Part shown: positions 39,051 through 52,460 of the stretch, piece after piece
Numbering within the stretch: position 1 is the stretch's first letter
Layout of the letters: every line of letters begins with the position of its first letter
Assembly: GCA_028534125.1 (NCBI GenBank)
Contig: CM052817.1
Coordinates: forward strand, 92,754,001-92,818,000
Direction of reading: 5' to 3'
Origin: Lama glama
Lineage: Eukaryota
DNA: 64,000 nucleotides
The notes under the pieces: model-generated
Told to the model about the DNA's origin: nothing
The model's input: the letters and a program-made list of their open reading frames with translations, nothing else
Databases searched by the model: none
Made by a program: the position numbers and the translations under genes

Positions 39051-41144
39051 GACTGTGTTAATGGCATCTAGGGGGCTTTTAGACAACAGAAGACTAAACA
39101 CCATTCAACATCTGCAGAGGACTGTCATCTAGCCCCCCTCAGAACTCAGTGAGTTTGGTCGTGTTAGGCTTCTCTACAAAGCTTTGTGAGCAACAGGGGA
39201 CAACATTTTGCACCTGCCCGGCTTGAGTGGTTTGTTCTGCTCTCCCTACTTTAAACCCACCATCTTTCTTTGGCTACAAAGTCTGCCCTGCTGTCCCCAT
39301 TCCTTCTGAGTCACCCCCTTCCCACTGGGACTTCCCCGGCCACCAACAAACCAGCCAGGGGACCACACATTCAGCCAAATCACTTATTCTTGAGGGTCCT
39401 CACCTGTATTCTGTGATACTTTGACCCTTTCTGGATACAAATCTCAATGATTTGGGTTTTGCATCCTTTCCAAAAAGTCTAAATATACTAGGTTGAAACA
39501 AAACTGACTGATCAGTCATCGAATGGAAAGTTCTCTTGCTGATTTGTTTTCAGTCACAGAGTCACCTTTTTTTTTTTTAATTTAACAAAATGTGGGCTCT
39601 CATCAGAAGTTTAACGGTTTTATCTCAGGGCCCAATTTCCTGCATTGCTCTTTAGAATTCATCCAAGTTGCAGTTTCATTTTTTTTGCAGTAACCTTTTC
39701 CTAACATTGCAGAAGTTTCTGTTGAATATCATCAATTATTAATTAAGAATTCTGGTTGAAATTTTAGCTTTCCCTGTATAGGCAAAGTAAGATGGAAAGC
39801 TGAGGTAAATTACCTAGAAATCTGAGATTTACAGAATCTGGCTATTTGGGGAAAGTTCACAAGATTATAAGAAATCATCTTTTATCTATGTTATCACACC
39901 TTAGAATAAGATACACAACTTTAACATCTTTAGTGTTCATACCTTTGGTTTCTAATATTCTTAGCCAATTTTTTTTTAATTTTCAGAGAATAAAAGTATT
40001 TGATTAAAATTAAAATAAAAATTCATAATAAAACTTGTTTACTTAATATTACAAAATTCTAAATATATATCCTTTGCTATGTGAACAAGTAGCTCTAACA
40101 TCTCCAAGTAAGTTATTTGATTGTAAGATGAAAAAGGAATAATCTGGATTTGAGATTTTATTAAAGCTTCACTGCATCATACCTTCTTTGTAAGTAGCTT
40201 ATATTTCAATTCCAATCATTCTGTTTTACTGAAAACACATTCATCTACATGACTGAGAAAGCTGGCCATAAAACACTATTACATTAAAATCTGTTTTAGC
40301 TTAGGAGACTCCATGCATCATTACAGGTAATTGTCCATAGTATTTACTATGGTTACTGTGGGTTACTATGGCTAATTGTCAAATAAGTGATAGATAAATC
40401 TGAAAATAAAAATAAATATCAAGAGGAAATATAGCCAGTGGTATGTAGGGGTTTTGGCCTTTTATCTGTGTTATTTAGTAGTGTAAATTATATCAAGCTA
40501 TGAGAAATCCAAAAGGAAAAAAAAATGATGCTTCATGTCAGCTCTCATAGGCTGCTACAGCATGGATGTACATTCACATAAAGCCCCACAGAGATGCTGG
40601 CCTAAATTTTCATCTTTTACGACAGCATGGAGGTTTCATTATCCTTTCCATACCATTTCAGGAAATAAACTTTGAGCTAGTGAGCTATCTGCTCACACCT
40701 TGGGGACAAATAGAATACACTCTTAAAGAACAGAATGCTTGGGAAAAGGAACTCATGAATGCTAGATACTTCCTAGTATTTATATGGGAGCAAATGAAAT
40801 AACTTTCAAAAATAATCAGACTAGTGGTATATACTATTTTAAGCCCAGTATGGTCCACAATAAACAAAACGCAATATGCCTCTTCTAAAAGATGGGAGAT
40901 ATGAACACAATATACATTAGTGAGAAAATTCCACTGAACTCATTGTAAAAGAAATCTGACTTGTCTCAGAGAAAATTAGCTACAGATTCTCAAAGAAAAA
41001 TGTCAAGAAATTCTTATCACTGCTTCAAAGGAACCCTGGTAAATGTAGGCTCACTTTGCCTAAAGAGCACAGCGGCCACTACACAGGAAAAAACATCAGA
41101 AATAAAGGACTCATAAAATATAACACACAGTATTTTATCATACT

Positions 41145-42098
41145 TTAAATGAGTCATTAGTAAATCTGCCTATTATAGCATATTCCGCCTACTCACAAAA
41201 GGATCTGAATTAAGCAGGCTCTACTTCAATTGATATAAATAAACCAAATTTCAAGTAAAGGAAATGTCTCCCCAAATATATAGATTTTAAAATTTATTGA
41301 AGCATTTAAGGAAAGAGAATCAATCAGATAATTATGAGCTTCAGAATTGTAATAAGCACACTTTTCTCAATAACCTGTTATCTTTCGACTTCTTAAAATT
41401 TGAAGATTTGGGAGACTTATTTTTATACTACAGTAGAAAATCAAACTTTTTAAAGTGAAAAGAGAAAATGAAATACATCATGCCCAAGGTAAAGATAGAT
41501 ATGAAATTCAAGTAAGGAAAACTATAGCAAAATCTATTTCTTAAATGCATGAAAATTTTCCTTTTGGGGTTTTATGTAAAATTGTTATTGTTTTAAGCTT
41601 CTTTGTATTATAAAAGAAAATACACACAGACATACACAGACACAGACGATAGCCGGTCTGGAAGGTATAAATGTGTATAAAGCACTTGGGTTGAAAATCA
41701 TTCATAATATTCAGCTTAGACGTAGCACTTTTGAACAACATGGCAACCAGCCAGCTGACCTTGTTTTTACACATTCTTCAGATACTTGAGATTCAACTGT
41801 ATTAGCAATTTTGTATTCTGGGTTTTTTTTTTTTTAACAGATAATGTTATATTTGTTGTTTTTTAAAAAAGAATCTTTGTAAAAATTGTAATGACCCATT
41901 CATTCATAAATTTACTCATATAGATGCTGCATTAAATGAGTTATTAGCAAACTAGTTCATCGATAGTATATTCCACCTGCTCACAAAAGGATCTGTATTA
42001 TGTAGATGCTACCTCAATTGATATAAACCAAATTTTAAAACTAAAGGATCTGCCTCCCAAAGGGACACAGATTTTAAATTCTACTCAAGCATACAAGG
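41145..42098 (+). repeat. Diverged direct duplication of ~165 bp (copies at 41145-41311 and 41932-42098)
   Basis: Collinear similarity along both copies, with the identical core ctcacaaaaggatctg at 41192-41207 and 41980-41995. Confidence 0.9.
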
Positions 42099-42859
42099 TT
42101 TCCTAAATCATCCCCTTTCTGTCCTTACAGTTACATGTGTCAAAGTTTTTATTTTTTGATAAGCAACTGCAGACAAATATCTTTGTACAGAAAGCAAAAT
42201 AATTTCCTTATGATAGAGTCTCAAAAGTTAAATTGGTAATACAAATTATTTTTAAAGTTCTTTTTAAAATTTTTTTTTTATTTTAAAGTTCTTAATAAAA
42301 ATAAGCAAATTGCTTTTCTGAAAGAATGTCCCACCTCACATTTCCACCAGTCACATGTGAAAGGTGCTGCTTCGGAGCTGACATCATTTTATTTCAGTTC
42401 TTCAAGAAGGATCTGACAAAACTGGAACTATAAGTAAAAAGGATCTGCTTATTTAGAACATGCTACTGGACAAGTTATTATGCCAGACTCCAGGATACAA
42501 AAATAAATATTCTTTCCTTTGCAGATTTTACAGATTCTCACAGTTTAGAATGTGGATGTGTCCTGGTGTGTGTGTGTGTCTCTGATTGTGATGGTTGGGG
42601 GGTTTGTAATTACCAAAATTGAGTAACAAGTAGTCATACTCTTTATTTGAGTTGCAGGTTTTGCCTTTAGCCTTTCTTGCTCACTGAACTGTAAGAACGA
42701 CTTTACAATGATCCATGACAAAAAGTCCTAAGCAACTGATTGAGCTCCGTAAACGGATATAACCAAAGTTAAAAAAACAACCAAACAACTGACTAAACCA
42801 AACAACCTCAACATTTCTTTTTATTCTTTCTTCTTTACTTTTAAAGCTCTACTTAATAA

Positions 42860-43050
42860 TCAGAAAAGACATACTGAACGTTTGCCGTGTGGCAGGTGCT
42901 ACTCTAAGCATTCAGCATGCTTTAACAAATTCAATGCTGGCAACACCCCTATGTGGTAAAAAATACCAGTTCCCTCACTTTACATCTAAGAAAACCAAGG
43001 CCACACAGCAAGTAAGTGGCAGAGGTGGGATATGAATCTTCGTGGACTAA
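42860..43050 (-). mobile_element. MIR
   Basis: tactgaacgtttgccgtgtggcaggtgctactctaagca...ctcactttacatctaagaaaaccaaggc...gtaagtggcagaggtggga. Confidence 0.75.
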
Positions 43051-45317
43051 AAAAGGAAATCAGTCTAGTCTGCCTAGCCATACAGTAGGCACTCGGAAAA
43101 GCTTAAGCATCATTGGCTATGTATGTTTCTTTTGTGGCCTACAGCCTGTGGATATGGTGAGGTCAAGGGTGATGACTAGAACGTCTTGGGTGTTGCTTTC
43201 CTTCCTTAAAAAAGTGAATTAGTGATATTCCCATTATACTCACATTAAAAAAAGAACCAATGACAAAATAAAAGCCAAAAACAAAAAGTAGTAACGTGGA
43301 GGGGGGGAATGGGAAGTAGGCAGTCTCTCTTAAGGATGATTTGTTGAATTAAAGGCAAGGCTGAGGGCTTGACACCATGATGTGGTTTTTTTAAGTTACA
43401 AGTTCAACAGCCTGACCGATGGTTCTTAAATAAGTTCTCTGTCTATCACAGGGCTCAATGTCTCCAGATCAACCTGCTTCTCTAGTTTGAGGAGAGGATG
43501 CTTTCACCTGGATTACTGTGATCTGAGGTGTGGGGCTGTCACAAACTTGGGATCAGTGTGTGAGAGGCAGAGGCAGTGAAGCAAAGTGTGAGGGAGAAAC
43601 ACACAACATAAAGGAATTCCCTGAGACTATATCTGAATGTTTCTGACCCACCCTCTCAAAATAAGAAAATACTTTTTAAAATACTAAAACAGAGACACGT
43701 CCTAGAATTAAGTATAGGAGGGAAAAAAACCCTTCCTGTTTATAATATATTTCAAGTTTTCTATACCAGTGGCTGTTAGGAAACCATTAAGAGATGGCTC
43801 CTAATGAAAGGCTAACTTGAAAGGGCAGTGGATTAGGGTGTAAATGCTCTAAGAAGAAATTCATTATAATTCATTCTAAAGATAGACTCAGTAATTTAAC
43901 AGTAGTATTTCACAAGAGGTCAAACATCAGAAAAACTGGCTTTGATATCCTCAAGATCACTGGGGTATGAGACCCATGTTCATTCACTCCAATTGTCTAT
44001 CGAACTCCAGTTCCTTCAACACGTATGCCCTCCATCTAACCACTCCAAGTCATGCGACCCACATATGATCCCCCAAATAGAGACGGTGTGCAACTAGTAC
44101 ACCCATCTCCATCTGGACGCTGAAATTGGCTGGAATCCCATATCTTCACACAGTAACCTCAGAAAAGGCTGGCTTTCCTGAAGCTGCTCATGTTGAAATA
44201 ATTCATTGCAGGCATTCTCCCTGCCTGGGTAGTTTCATCTTCCCAATCTCTTCACTGTGATTATCTCCTAACCCTTCTCAATGTTATTTGATTCATCCGA
44301 TCCAAGTGCGTTCAATTTGGAAAGAGATGGATCAGCATGAACTTCCTCCTCCTACTGTTAAATTATTTCTCCTTATGACCCTTCTCCCCCGGATGCAGGA
44401 AGGGTAGAGTGAGGTCCAGCTGTTAAAAGCTATCATTTGTTCAGTGTGTGTGTAAAAAACATGAATCTGTTTTTCAGTAATTTTAGCATTCTACAAATTG
44501 CACTTCACATTTCAGAAGCAGATATCTCCATGTTCCGTCAGGTCAGTTTATTCTGTGCAGCAATATCAACCTTTCCTTTCCATGGAGAAGGTGTTAAAAG
44601 GGACCTTCAAACTGTGAGCAAGTGAGGGAAGATCCATTCAGACACTGAAGCCTAATCTAAAAAAGGATATCAGTGCCACCTTTATGGAATGTTTTAGTTA
44701 GTTTACACTTCCAAAGTATTTTAAGTACAAATTCATTTTTACACTAAAGCAGTTAACCATATCAAGAACTCACATCAAAATGTTTTATTTTAAATCAAAC
44801 ATATGTGTTCTAAAATTTTCTAAGCAAAGGGCTATAGCACCTTACTTAGCCCTGTGCTATGACAGTTTGTGAAACTGAAAGGTCTCTGTAATATTAAATC
44901 TGTCTGAATATTTTTACAAATTTTTGCAAAGCAGATCTTTTCCCAAAACACTAAAGACACACAAAACTACAAAATATAAATAATGTAGAAGACTTGGTTG
45001 ACAATTAATGTAAATTAGTGTAAAGTCTGAATTATTAATACTGCATACCCACTATATACATGTTTTTAAATAACTTCAGATTAATTACTTGCAAATAAGT
45101 TATGGCTTGCCTAATTCCACCTTCATGTGGAATTGCTTTAATAACAGACAAAATAATCTGCTGTTAGAATACTAACTGCTTATTATTTATTAAAAAATGT
45201 ATATAGAGTGATTGAAGTTGTCAATTTTTGTAGAAGTTTGAAGTCATTCTTAAGCTATTAGCATTCTAAGTTATTTTTTTTAAGAGAGAAAACAGGTCAG
45301 TCCTATCAGAAGTACCA

Positions 45318-45379
45318 CAAATAGATCAGCTTTACTGCAGCTCCAGTAGAATCCAAATAGGTCAGTTTTACTGCAGCTC
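45318..45379 (+). repeat. 26-bp direct repeat, period 36
   Basis: caaatagatcagctttactgcagctc (45318-45343) and caaataggtcagttttactgcagctc (45354-45379). Confidence 0.9.
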
Positions 45380-46059
45380 GGGCAATGAGTTGACAGGTTA
45401 TTTTTTGGATTCATCCAAAGTCTGTGGCTGGGTCTGTCTATAACATGTTAGAAACAATCTAACATGCAAACACCAGAAAGTTCTAGACTGAGCATTTAAT
45501 GCCTGTCTTGACATGGTCAAAACCAGAGCAGGTGCACTTTGATTAAATTCAGGGCATGTTATCTTCCTGCTGTTGGGGAAAAAAAAACTCCTTGCTCCTA
45601 ATGATCTACATTGGTTTTCATGATTGGTCAATAGCATCACATAATTATTTGGTTACTTGCCAAATGACCTGACTATAAAGTACCAAAAGACGGTCTTTTA
45701 AAGCTTTCACCTTTGATTCCCATTTTCCAGTTCAAAGAGAGTAATTTCTCCTAAAAGTTTTTTATACTAAGATGGAAAATGTCTCAAGAAGCCCAGAGAT
45801 GAAGCCAAATAAAAGAATTTTGCAATCATCTGAGGATATAGGTAGAACTTAAGGATCTCTATGGAAAAATTCACAAATAAGATATTTTACTACCATCGAG
45901 ATAGAGTCAAGATACATTCTTCTACATGAGCTAATTGGTTTCTGTCACTCAAATTTTTGTATGACAAGCTTTAGCAGTGAGATCAAGCAAACAAAAAAGT
46001 ATTCCCCAGGTTATTACTGGTGGATTTTGTTTTTAAAAAACGGAAGAAGAAAACTGAGC

Positions 46060-46222
46060 AGTGGAATATGGTCAGTAATACTGTAATAACTCCATTTGGG
46101 GAAAGATGGTTCCTAGACTCAATGTGGTGATCGTTTCATACTGTACGCAGATATCACATAACCAAGCAGTATAACTGAAACTACCAGAATAGTGTGTGTT
46201 GGCTGCATTTCAATTAAAAAAA
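46060..46222 (+). mobile_element. L1 3'-end fragment
   Basis: gaatatggtcagtaatactgtaataact...gtggtgatcgtttcata...ctgaaacta...ttcaattaaaaaaa. Confidence 0.7.
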
Positions 46223-46794
46223 GAAAATTGTGTAGCATTTTCAGCTTCATCCTTAAGAGCTTCAGACCTTGAATACTTCTGCATTGTCAACAGGGAAAAA
46301 AAAAGGAAAAAGGAAAAGGAAGAAAATAAAGGCAGGTAGTGAGAGAGGAAGTAAGAGAGGGGTGAAGAAGGTGATTTCTTGCTGGAAAAAGCAAGAAATA
46401 TTTGGCCTAGAGTTTAATTGATTTAAAATATGGTACAAGTCTAAATATGAGGTTTCTGAGTGTGAAACAGTCTCGTATGAAAATACAGCTTTCTACAGCT
46501 CCTGAAGGGATGTGTGCCAGGAGGCACAGGGATAGTTTCATGGGTGACAGAGCACCCACACACTTTTAGGAAGTACAGGCATTTTAATTGAAAGAGATCA
46601 GGATGAGAGCCTTGTTCTTTCAGAATAAAGACCATTCACTGCTGAAATCGTGCCAGCACCGCATCTGCACAGTTTCAAAGCCCAAAGGCTAGAGAGCCAG
46701 GGCTGGCACCGAGGAGCCCGGGGAGCATTTACTTGTTATTTTTACAGAAGAAAAATACAAGTGGGAGACTCTGCCACACTTCCAAGCAACTTCT

Positions 46795-46935
46795 AGGGCT
46801 GTGCTATTCAAATTTCAATGTGCATTTGAACCACCTAGGGGATCTTGCTAAAATGCAGATTCTGATTTAGTATGTCTGGGGTCTGAGACTCTGCACTGAC
46901 GCTGAGACTCTGCATGAACACACTGGGGCAGAAAT
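46795..46935. mobile_element. MER5A-like hAT element
   Basis: caaatttcaatgtgcatttgaaccacctaggggatcttgctaaaatgcagattctgatt...ggggtctgagactctgca. Confidence 0.8.
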
Positions 46936-49104
46936 GGTCCCGGGCACTAGCACTGAGGACCTTAATTACCCACAACGATGCAATGGTGTCAAAAGGAACT
47001 GTTGCAACAGGGAGAGTGTTTTTTATGTTGAAAGGGACAGATAAATGTGCTTTATCTTATGAAAGGATGAAAATATTTGCTACCCACTGACCACTTCTGG
47101 AAAACAGACACTGCGTTATCACAAACCTTGTTGCGGCTGAGGGTCTCTACAGAGTCACCGCCAGTTGCCATACGTTAATAGAGATAGTGCAGAATGATGA
47201 TTCTAACGTCTGTTTCTCTAGTGTTTTGTGGTTCGGGCATATGTGTTTTTAGTGGGCCAAAAAAGAAAGGAAGAGTTACATATGCATTCAAAATGCATCT
47301 ATTAAGTTGCTTCTATTGAACACACTAACTCTGTAATATCAGTGATGTAATATCTGTACACCATCAAGTAGCATATAAAAAGGCAATCACAAATAGAATT
47401 GCATTTTAAAATAGTTTTTGTATAAACTTTTGAAAACTGTAAATTATAAAATAGACAGATATGAGAGGTACGCCCGTACCATCCCTGCCCCAAGTTAATG
47501 TCAGTTCTCAACCTGATTTTTGTTCGATTTTTCCTCAGTGCGCCACCATGACCTATGAGCAGGACAGCATCATATCCAGTCTGGCTCCTTCTTGCTAAAT
47601 CACCCCTAAGAGTCACAGCCCCAAAGCAAAGAGAGCTTCAATATTTAAAAACAATGAAGTTATATTGTTTTGAATCACTACACCTTCTACACTGAAAGTT
47701 TCTCCCTTATGCTTTATAATTGTCAATATTACCCACCTTGTTTGATAGTTAAGCCATCACAGAGGACTGTCCACACTGGTCCCACTACCCGCAAGTCCTC
47801 AGGAATCAGGGTGTTGTACTGGTCACGCTGCCCGCTCAGTGGGGATGTTAACCACAGCTACTGCGGCAGAGCTAGCGACATGGGACCCAGCAGAAGAGAA
47901 GAGGAAGAAGAAGAAGCAACTGGAGTGGAAAGAGCCTTGGATGGGGGGAAGTGGCACCCCCCCAGGGCAGCTGCAGCCAGTCTCAGCTTTCTGGAAGAGC
48001 CATGGAAAGCGGCCGTGACCATCCCAGAGTCAAGAACATAAGGGGGCAATCTTGAGATCTGACCAGGCAACACCTCTGCTTTGGATCCAAAACAAACATC
48101 TCAAGCCTCATCCCTGAGGTAAAACATCAGAAGACCAACCCTTACCTGCATCTGAGACTCTTGTGCCTCAGTTTCTTACTTGTTAGAACATAGCAATAAT
48201 GCCGCCTACTCCACTCCCAGCTTATGGGGGATGCAGAATAAGATGAGATACTACGAATAAAAAGACTCAGAAAAGAGAAAGGACTATACTGTTCATCATT
48301 AATTATGACTTACAATACTTACTACTGTTTTTTAAATTTATCACCTGCATTGTTACATGGATCCTAGCAGCCAACTGAAATGTGGTGCTCAGTGAAAAAG
48401 CCTGGGGGGAAATGGCAGACAAGTCTGGTTTTTCAATTTAAATTCCACGTGATTCTTGTTTTTTTATCTGATCAACCTGATCTGGTGCTCATCTCTACCA
48501 CCTGAGCTCCATGGAAGACCAGAAACACAGGTAAGATAGACTTTCTAGCAAAGATATGATGGATGAACAGGGTTGTCCAGGCTAAGAAAGGGCAGGGGCA
48601 GGGGTCTGGGAAAGAACTAGAAGCTGGTGGGACCTGACAGAGTGTTCAGCTCAGGCAGCTGCAGCACCAGGCAGGGGAGCGGGGCAGGGTGAAGATTCTG
48701 GGAGTAGACGACTGTCTGTGGGACTCTCCCCAGCCTGGACTTCTGGGGCAAGCCGAAGGATCTGGTAGTTTGAAGGCAGTGAAGGAAAGTACAGCCAGTA
48801 TACAGAGACATGGCATAATTCAGTGTAATTACTGAACTTGAACTTTGAGAACACATTACTGTTAAAATAATACCCAGTGAATACAATCTACTAAGAAGCA
48901 GCTGATATTAAGCAACAACCTTCAAGCAGAGAACTCGGTTTTGGCACCATGCAGGTCACAGCCACAACGGCTGGCAGGCAAGGCTGGCCTAGCTGGCTGT
49001 GCGGCATTACTGCAGACGGCTGACAGGAGAGGGCCGGGGGAATCCTGATGGTCAGAATGTGAACCGGTGACTCCAGGATTATTCTTGATGGCGGGCTAGA
49101 TGCC

Positions 49105-49535
49105 TCTATCCGTCAGGGTCATGTTTGAAAAACAGAAACTGCTCTAAGTATTTCAAACAAAGGAAACTGGTTCACAAGGGAAAGCTGAAAAGTAAACAGG
49201 GGAGTTGGAGGCCACCTAGAGATTAGCATCCGCAGGAAGCTGCTACCAGTCCTGGGGCTGGAGAAGTAAGAAGGAGTATGTTACTAAAGCCCAGAGGCTG
49301 GGGCTGGCTTGTAGGACCTACACCCAAAGGTAAGGCTGCCCAGCAGAGCGGAGCCACAAGACAGACAAAACACTCCAGAGATGCTACCCAGAGCGTAATG
49401 ACAGAGAAATATCCTGGCTTCTCCTAGACCTGCTCCATCAGTGCTTCCCATTGTCAAATCTGCCTGGAAACCAGCCAGCAAGGGCCCTGGGATGCTCCCG
49501 GGATACAGGAAGGGTGGGCGGTGGTTCTGAGAGCT
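49105..49535 (-). mobile_element. Old MLT1 (K/L-like) LTR
   Basis: tatccgtcagggtc...aaaacagaaactgctctaagtatttca...gcaggaagctgctacca...gtgcttcccattg..cctggaaaccagccagcaaggg. Confidence 0.6.
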
Positions 49536-49884
49536 GACTGGTAGATGATGGAGAGCAAGGCTTCAGCTGGTCAGGCCATCCAGTCGGCTAACCCCTCACA
49601 CTGCTCTCACGCACACTAGACGACCGTCCCAATACCATTTGTTCAGTGAACAGAGACTGTCCACTGACCAGCATGCTGAATATTCCACTTCCCTTGGCAA
49701 CTAAGTTTCTGACTGTAAACTGACAAACTGGAATTCCTGCAGCTTAGAGTCTCCCCTTTTTGTTACTGAGATTCAGTCTCCCTGGATGCAAATCAAGATC
49801 TTGGTCCTAAAAAACCGAATCTAGACCAAAATCTCCCAACTAAGGCTAGCCCTGGTTTCGGGCTGCCTCTAGAGTAAGAGTGAG

Positions 49885-50105
49885 CCGACTCCTTCTGGGC
49901 AGTCAGAAGGTAAATATTTTAGGCTTCGTGGACCATATAATCTGTTGAGTAGACAGCTTAACTCTACACTAGAGGGAGTGAGCAGCTCTCAAGGATGCCT
50001 AAACAGATGGGCGTGGCTGTGTTCCAATAAAACTTTATTTACCAAAATGGGTGGTGGGCCGGATTTGGCTCTCAAACTGGGCCACAATCTGCTGACCCCT
50101 GGTTT
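49885..50105. mobile_element. MER58-like hAT element
   Basis: gtaaatattttaggcttcgtggaccata...gggcgtggctgtgttccaataaaactttattta...ggccggatttggc...tgctgacccctg. Confidence 0.85.
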
Positions 50106-51278
50106 AGCCCAACAACAATCAAGTCAAAAAAGTCCATCTTGAAGTGACTCTCAAAACAAAAGAATAAGTAGCTAAAAATTTGAGGGTATAACTGATATCC
50201 ATTGCTCTTTACTAACTGGAATTATATCTTTTCATCTCAGTCTAATAAAAGGTTCAACATTTTACTATATTTTCCCCTGAACTTCTCCATTATATTATAG
50301 ATCACATTGAAAATCTCTAGTTTTATTTTTCCCCAATGCAATTTTTATATTCATGATGACTTTTGACATACTGCTTTTCTATATAATTTGAGTTGCATCT
50401 AATTGAAATAGGACTTAAATTTTTTTTTACATTGGGCTTTTCAAAATACTTTTATTCCTAGTACTTTAAAAAACTTGCCATCATTCCTTTCTACTTTTCC
50501 TTATGTGAAGTTTGGTGGGAAAAAATCTCTGGCATAAGAACATTTTCTTTTTAAAAACACTTTTTTCTAGATCTGATTGGAAAATAATACTATCCAGTCA
50601 CTTGTTTTCATAAAAATGTGCAAGGATACAATACCCATGAACAGACTGCATATATTTTGTGAAATGCGGATAGAAACAACTCTTTAAAGATTTCTTTGAC
50701 GTTTTCTAAAATTGTACAGCATAAGCTGACATGTATAGGTCATTTCCAGTCTTTTCCAGACTTTGCAAACTTTGCTCTAATGCCTTTTGCTGTTTGTTAC
50801 TCGCTCCAAATTCATTTCTTCTCTCTACCAGTCTTTAGTCAGGCCTACTTCCCATTTCTATAATGAAAATTTTTTTTAAAGTTATATCAGTGATATTCAG
50901 TTTTTCTTTGCATTTTCTCTCAAAATAAGATGCTTACTATCTCTTCCTTGAGTTCAAGCCTAAGATGAGGCCACAGATTCTAAGGTACAAGCTAATCTGA
51001 TTTGATTTAACCAGTCATTCAGGGTTTGGCCCCTTATCGTCACAGTATGTGCGTTTCTGTCAAAGTTTCAAACTGGGCTTTCTATTCTTCATGTATTTTT
51101 CCTACTGCAGAATTTATTTATTAGCACCTTCAAGTCAGTGGACCCTGATTCTCCGTTCCTGACTTTATTTACACTATCAATTTCGAAACTTTTTCTTTTG
51201 TCAAATTGGCATTGGCTGGCCCTCTTGAGATCCTGACTTCCAAGTCTCTGATTAAAAAGAAAAACCACATTGGACTCT

Positions 51279-51522
51279 AAGAAAATGGTACAAATGAACT
51301 TATTTAGAAAACAGAAATATACTCACAGATATAGAAAACAAACTCATGGTTGCCGAAGGGAAAAGCTGGGGCAGGGCAGGGAGATAAATAAATTAGGAGT
51401 ATAGGATTAACAGATACATACTACTATGCATAAAACAGATAAAAAACAAGGGCCTACTTTACAGTATAGGGAACTGTATTCAATATCTTAAAGAACCTAT
51501 AATGGAAAAGAATCTGAAAAAG

Positions 51523-51555
<33 letters not shown>

Positions 51556-51626
51556 AACTGTATCACTTTGCTGTACATCTGAAACTAACACATCATTGTA
51601 AATTAACTATACTTTAATAAAAAAAA
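51279..51626 (+). mobile_element. Lineage-type L1 3' end with internal (AT)n
   Basis: tacaaatgaacttatttagaaaacagaaat..ctcacagatatagaaaacaaactcatggtt...ctgaaactaacac..ttgtaaattaactatactttaataaaaaaa. Confidence 0.9.
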
Positions 51627-51984
51627 CAAAGATTCTGGACAATTTAAATTTTGCTTATGTTTAAATATTTAATATAGTCACATGATAGTGAGTGACACTT
51701 CCTTCTACTGGTCAAAATGATCCCATTTGAAAGAGGACAGCTAATTCTAGCTCCACTCCAGTCATTTGATGTCAGTGGAATTGCAATTTTTGCCTCCAAA
51801 ACCCCCAAATGTAGGTCTAAGGGGTACAGTGTGAGAGTAGCATCCTGGGGCCCTGGAAAAGTTGCCTGGCCTAGGGTTGTGTGTTCTTTAGCTGCACCTG
51901 GTACACTTCCTTCTGACTATATCAGGAGGGAAGGAAGTAAAAAAGGGGATGGAAATCAGTGAGTTATGCCCATTCAAAACAAGA

Positions 51985-52460
51985 GATGCTCCAGAGAAAT
52001 GAAAACATATGTCTACACAACAACCTGTACATGAACGTTTACAGCAGCTATATCTATAATCACCCCGACCCCAATGTCCTCAGTGGTGAATGAATACACA
52101 GACGGTGGCTCATCCACAGAGAAGACTGCTGCTCAGGGGCAAACTAATGATACTCAGGGTGAGCCTCAAATGCTTCATGTTCAGTAGAAGCAGCCAGATG
52201 CAAAAGGCTACAGACTGTCTGATCCCATTCATACAGCATCCTGAAAAAGGTGAAGCTATGGGGACAGAGAACAGCACCGTGGTTGGCAGGGGATGGAGGT
52301 GTGGGAAGGATCTGACTACAAAGTGGCAGCACAAGAGAATTTTGGGGGGTGATGAAACTCTTCTGTATCTTGATTGTGGTGGTGGTACCTGACTCTTGTC
52401 AAAACTCATACGATTGTTTAAAAAAAATGAATTTTACTGTATGCGATTTAAAAAATAAAT
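51985..52460 (+). mobile_element. L1MD/ME-type 3' end
   Basis: agagaaatgaaaacatatgtctacacaa...ggggggtgatgaaactcttctgtatcttgattgtggtggtgg...gaattttactgtatg. Confidence 0.8.

Noticed and set aside
44671..44688. CTCF-like cagtgccacctttatgga
   Set aside because: Spacing is off by one relative to the core motif; weak match.
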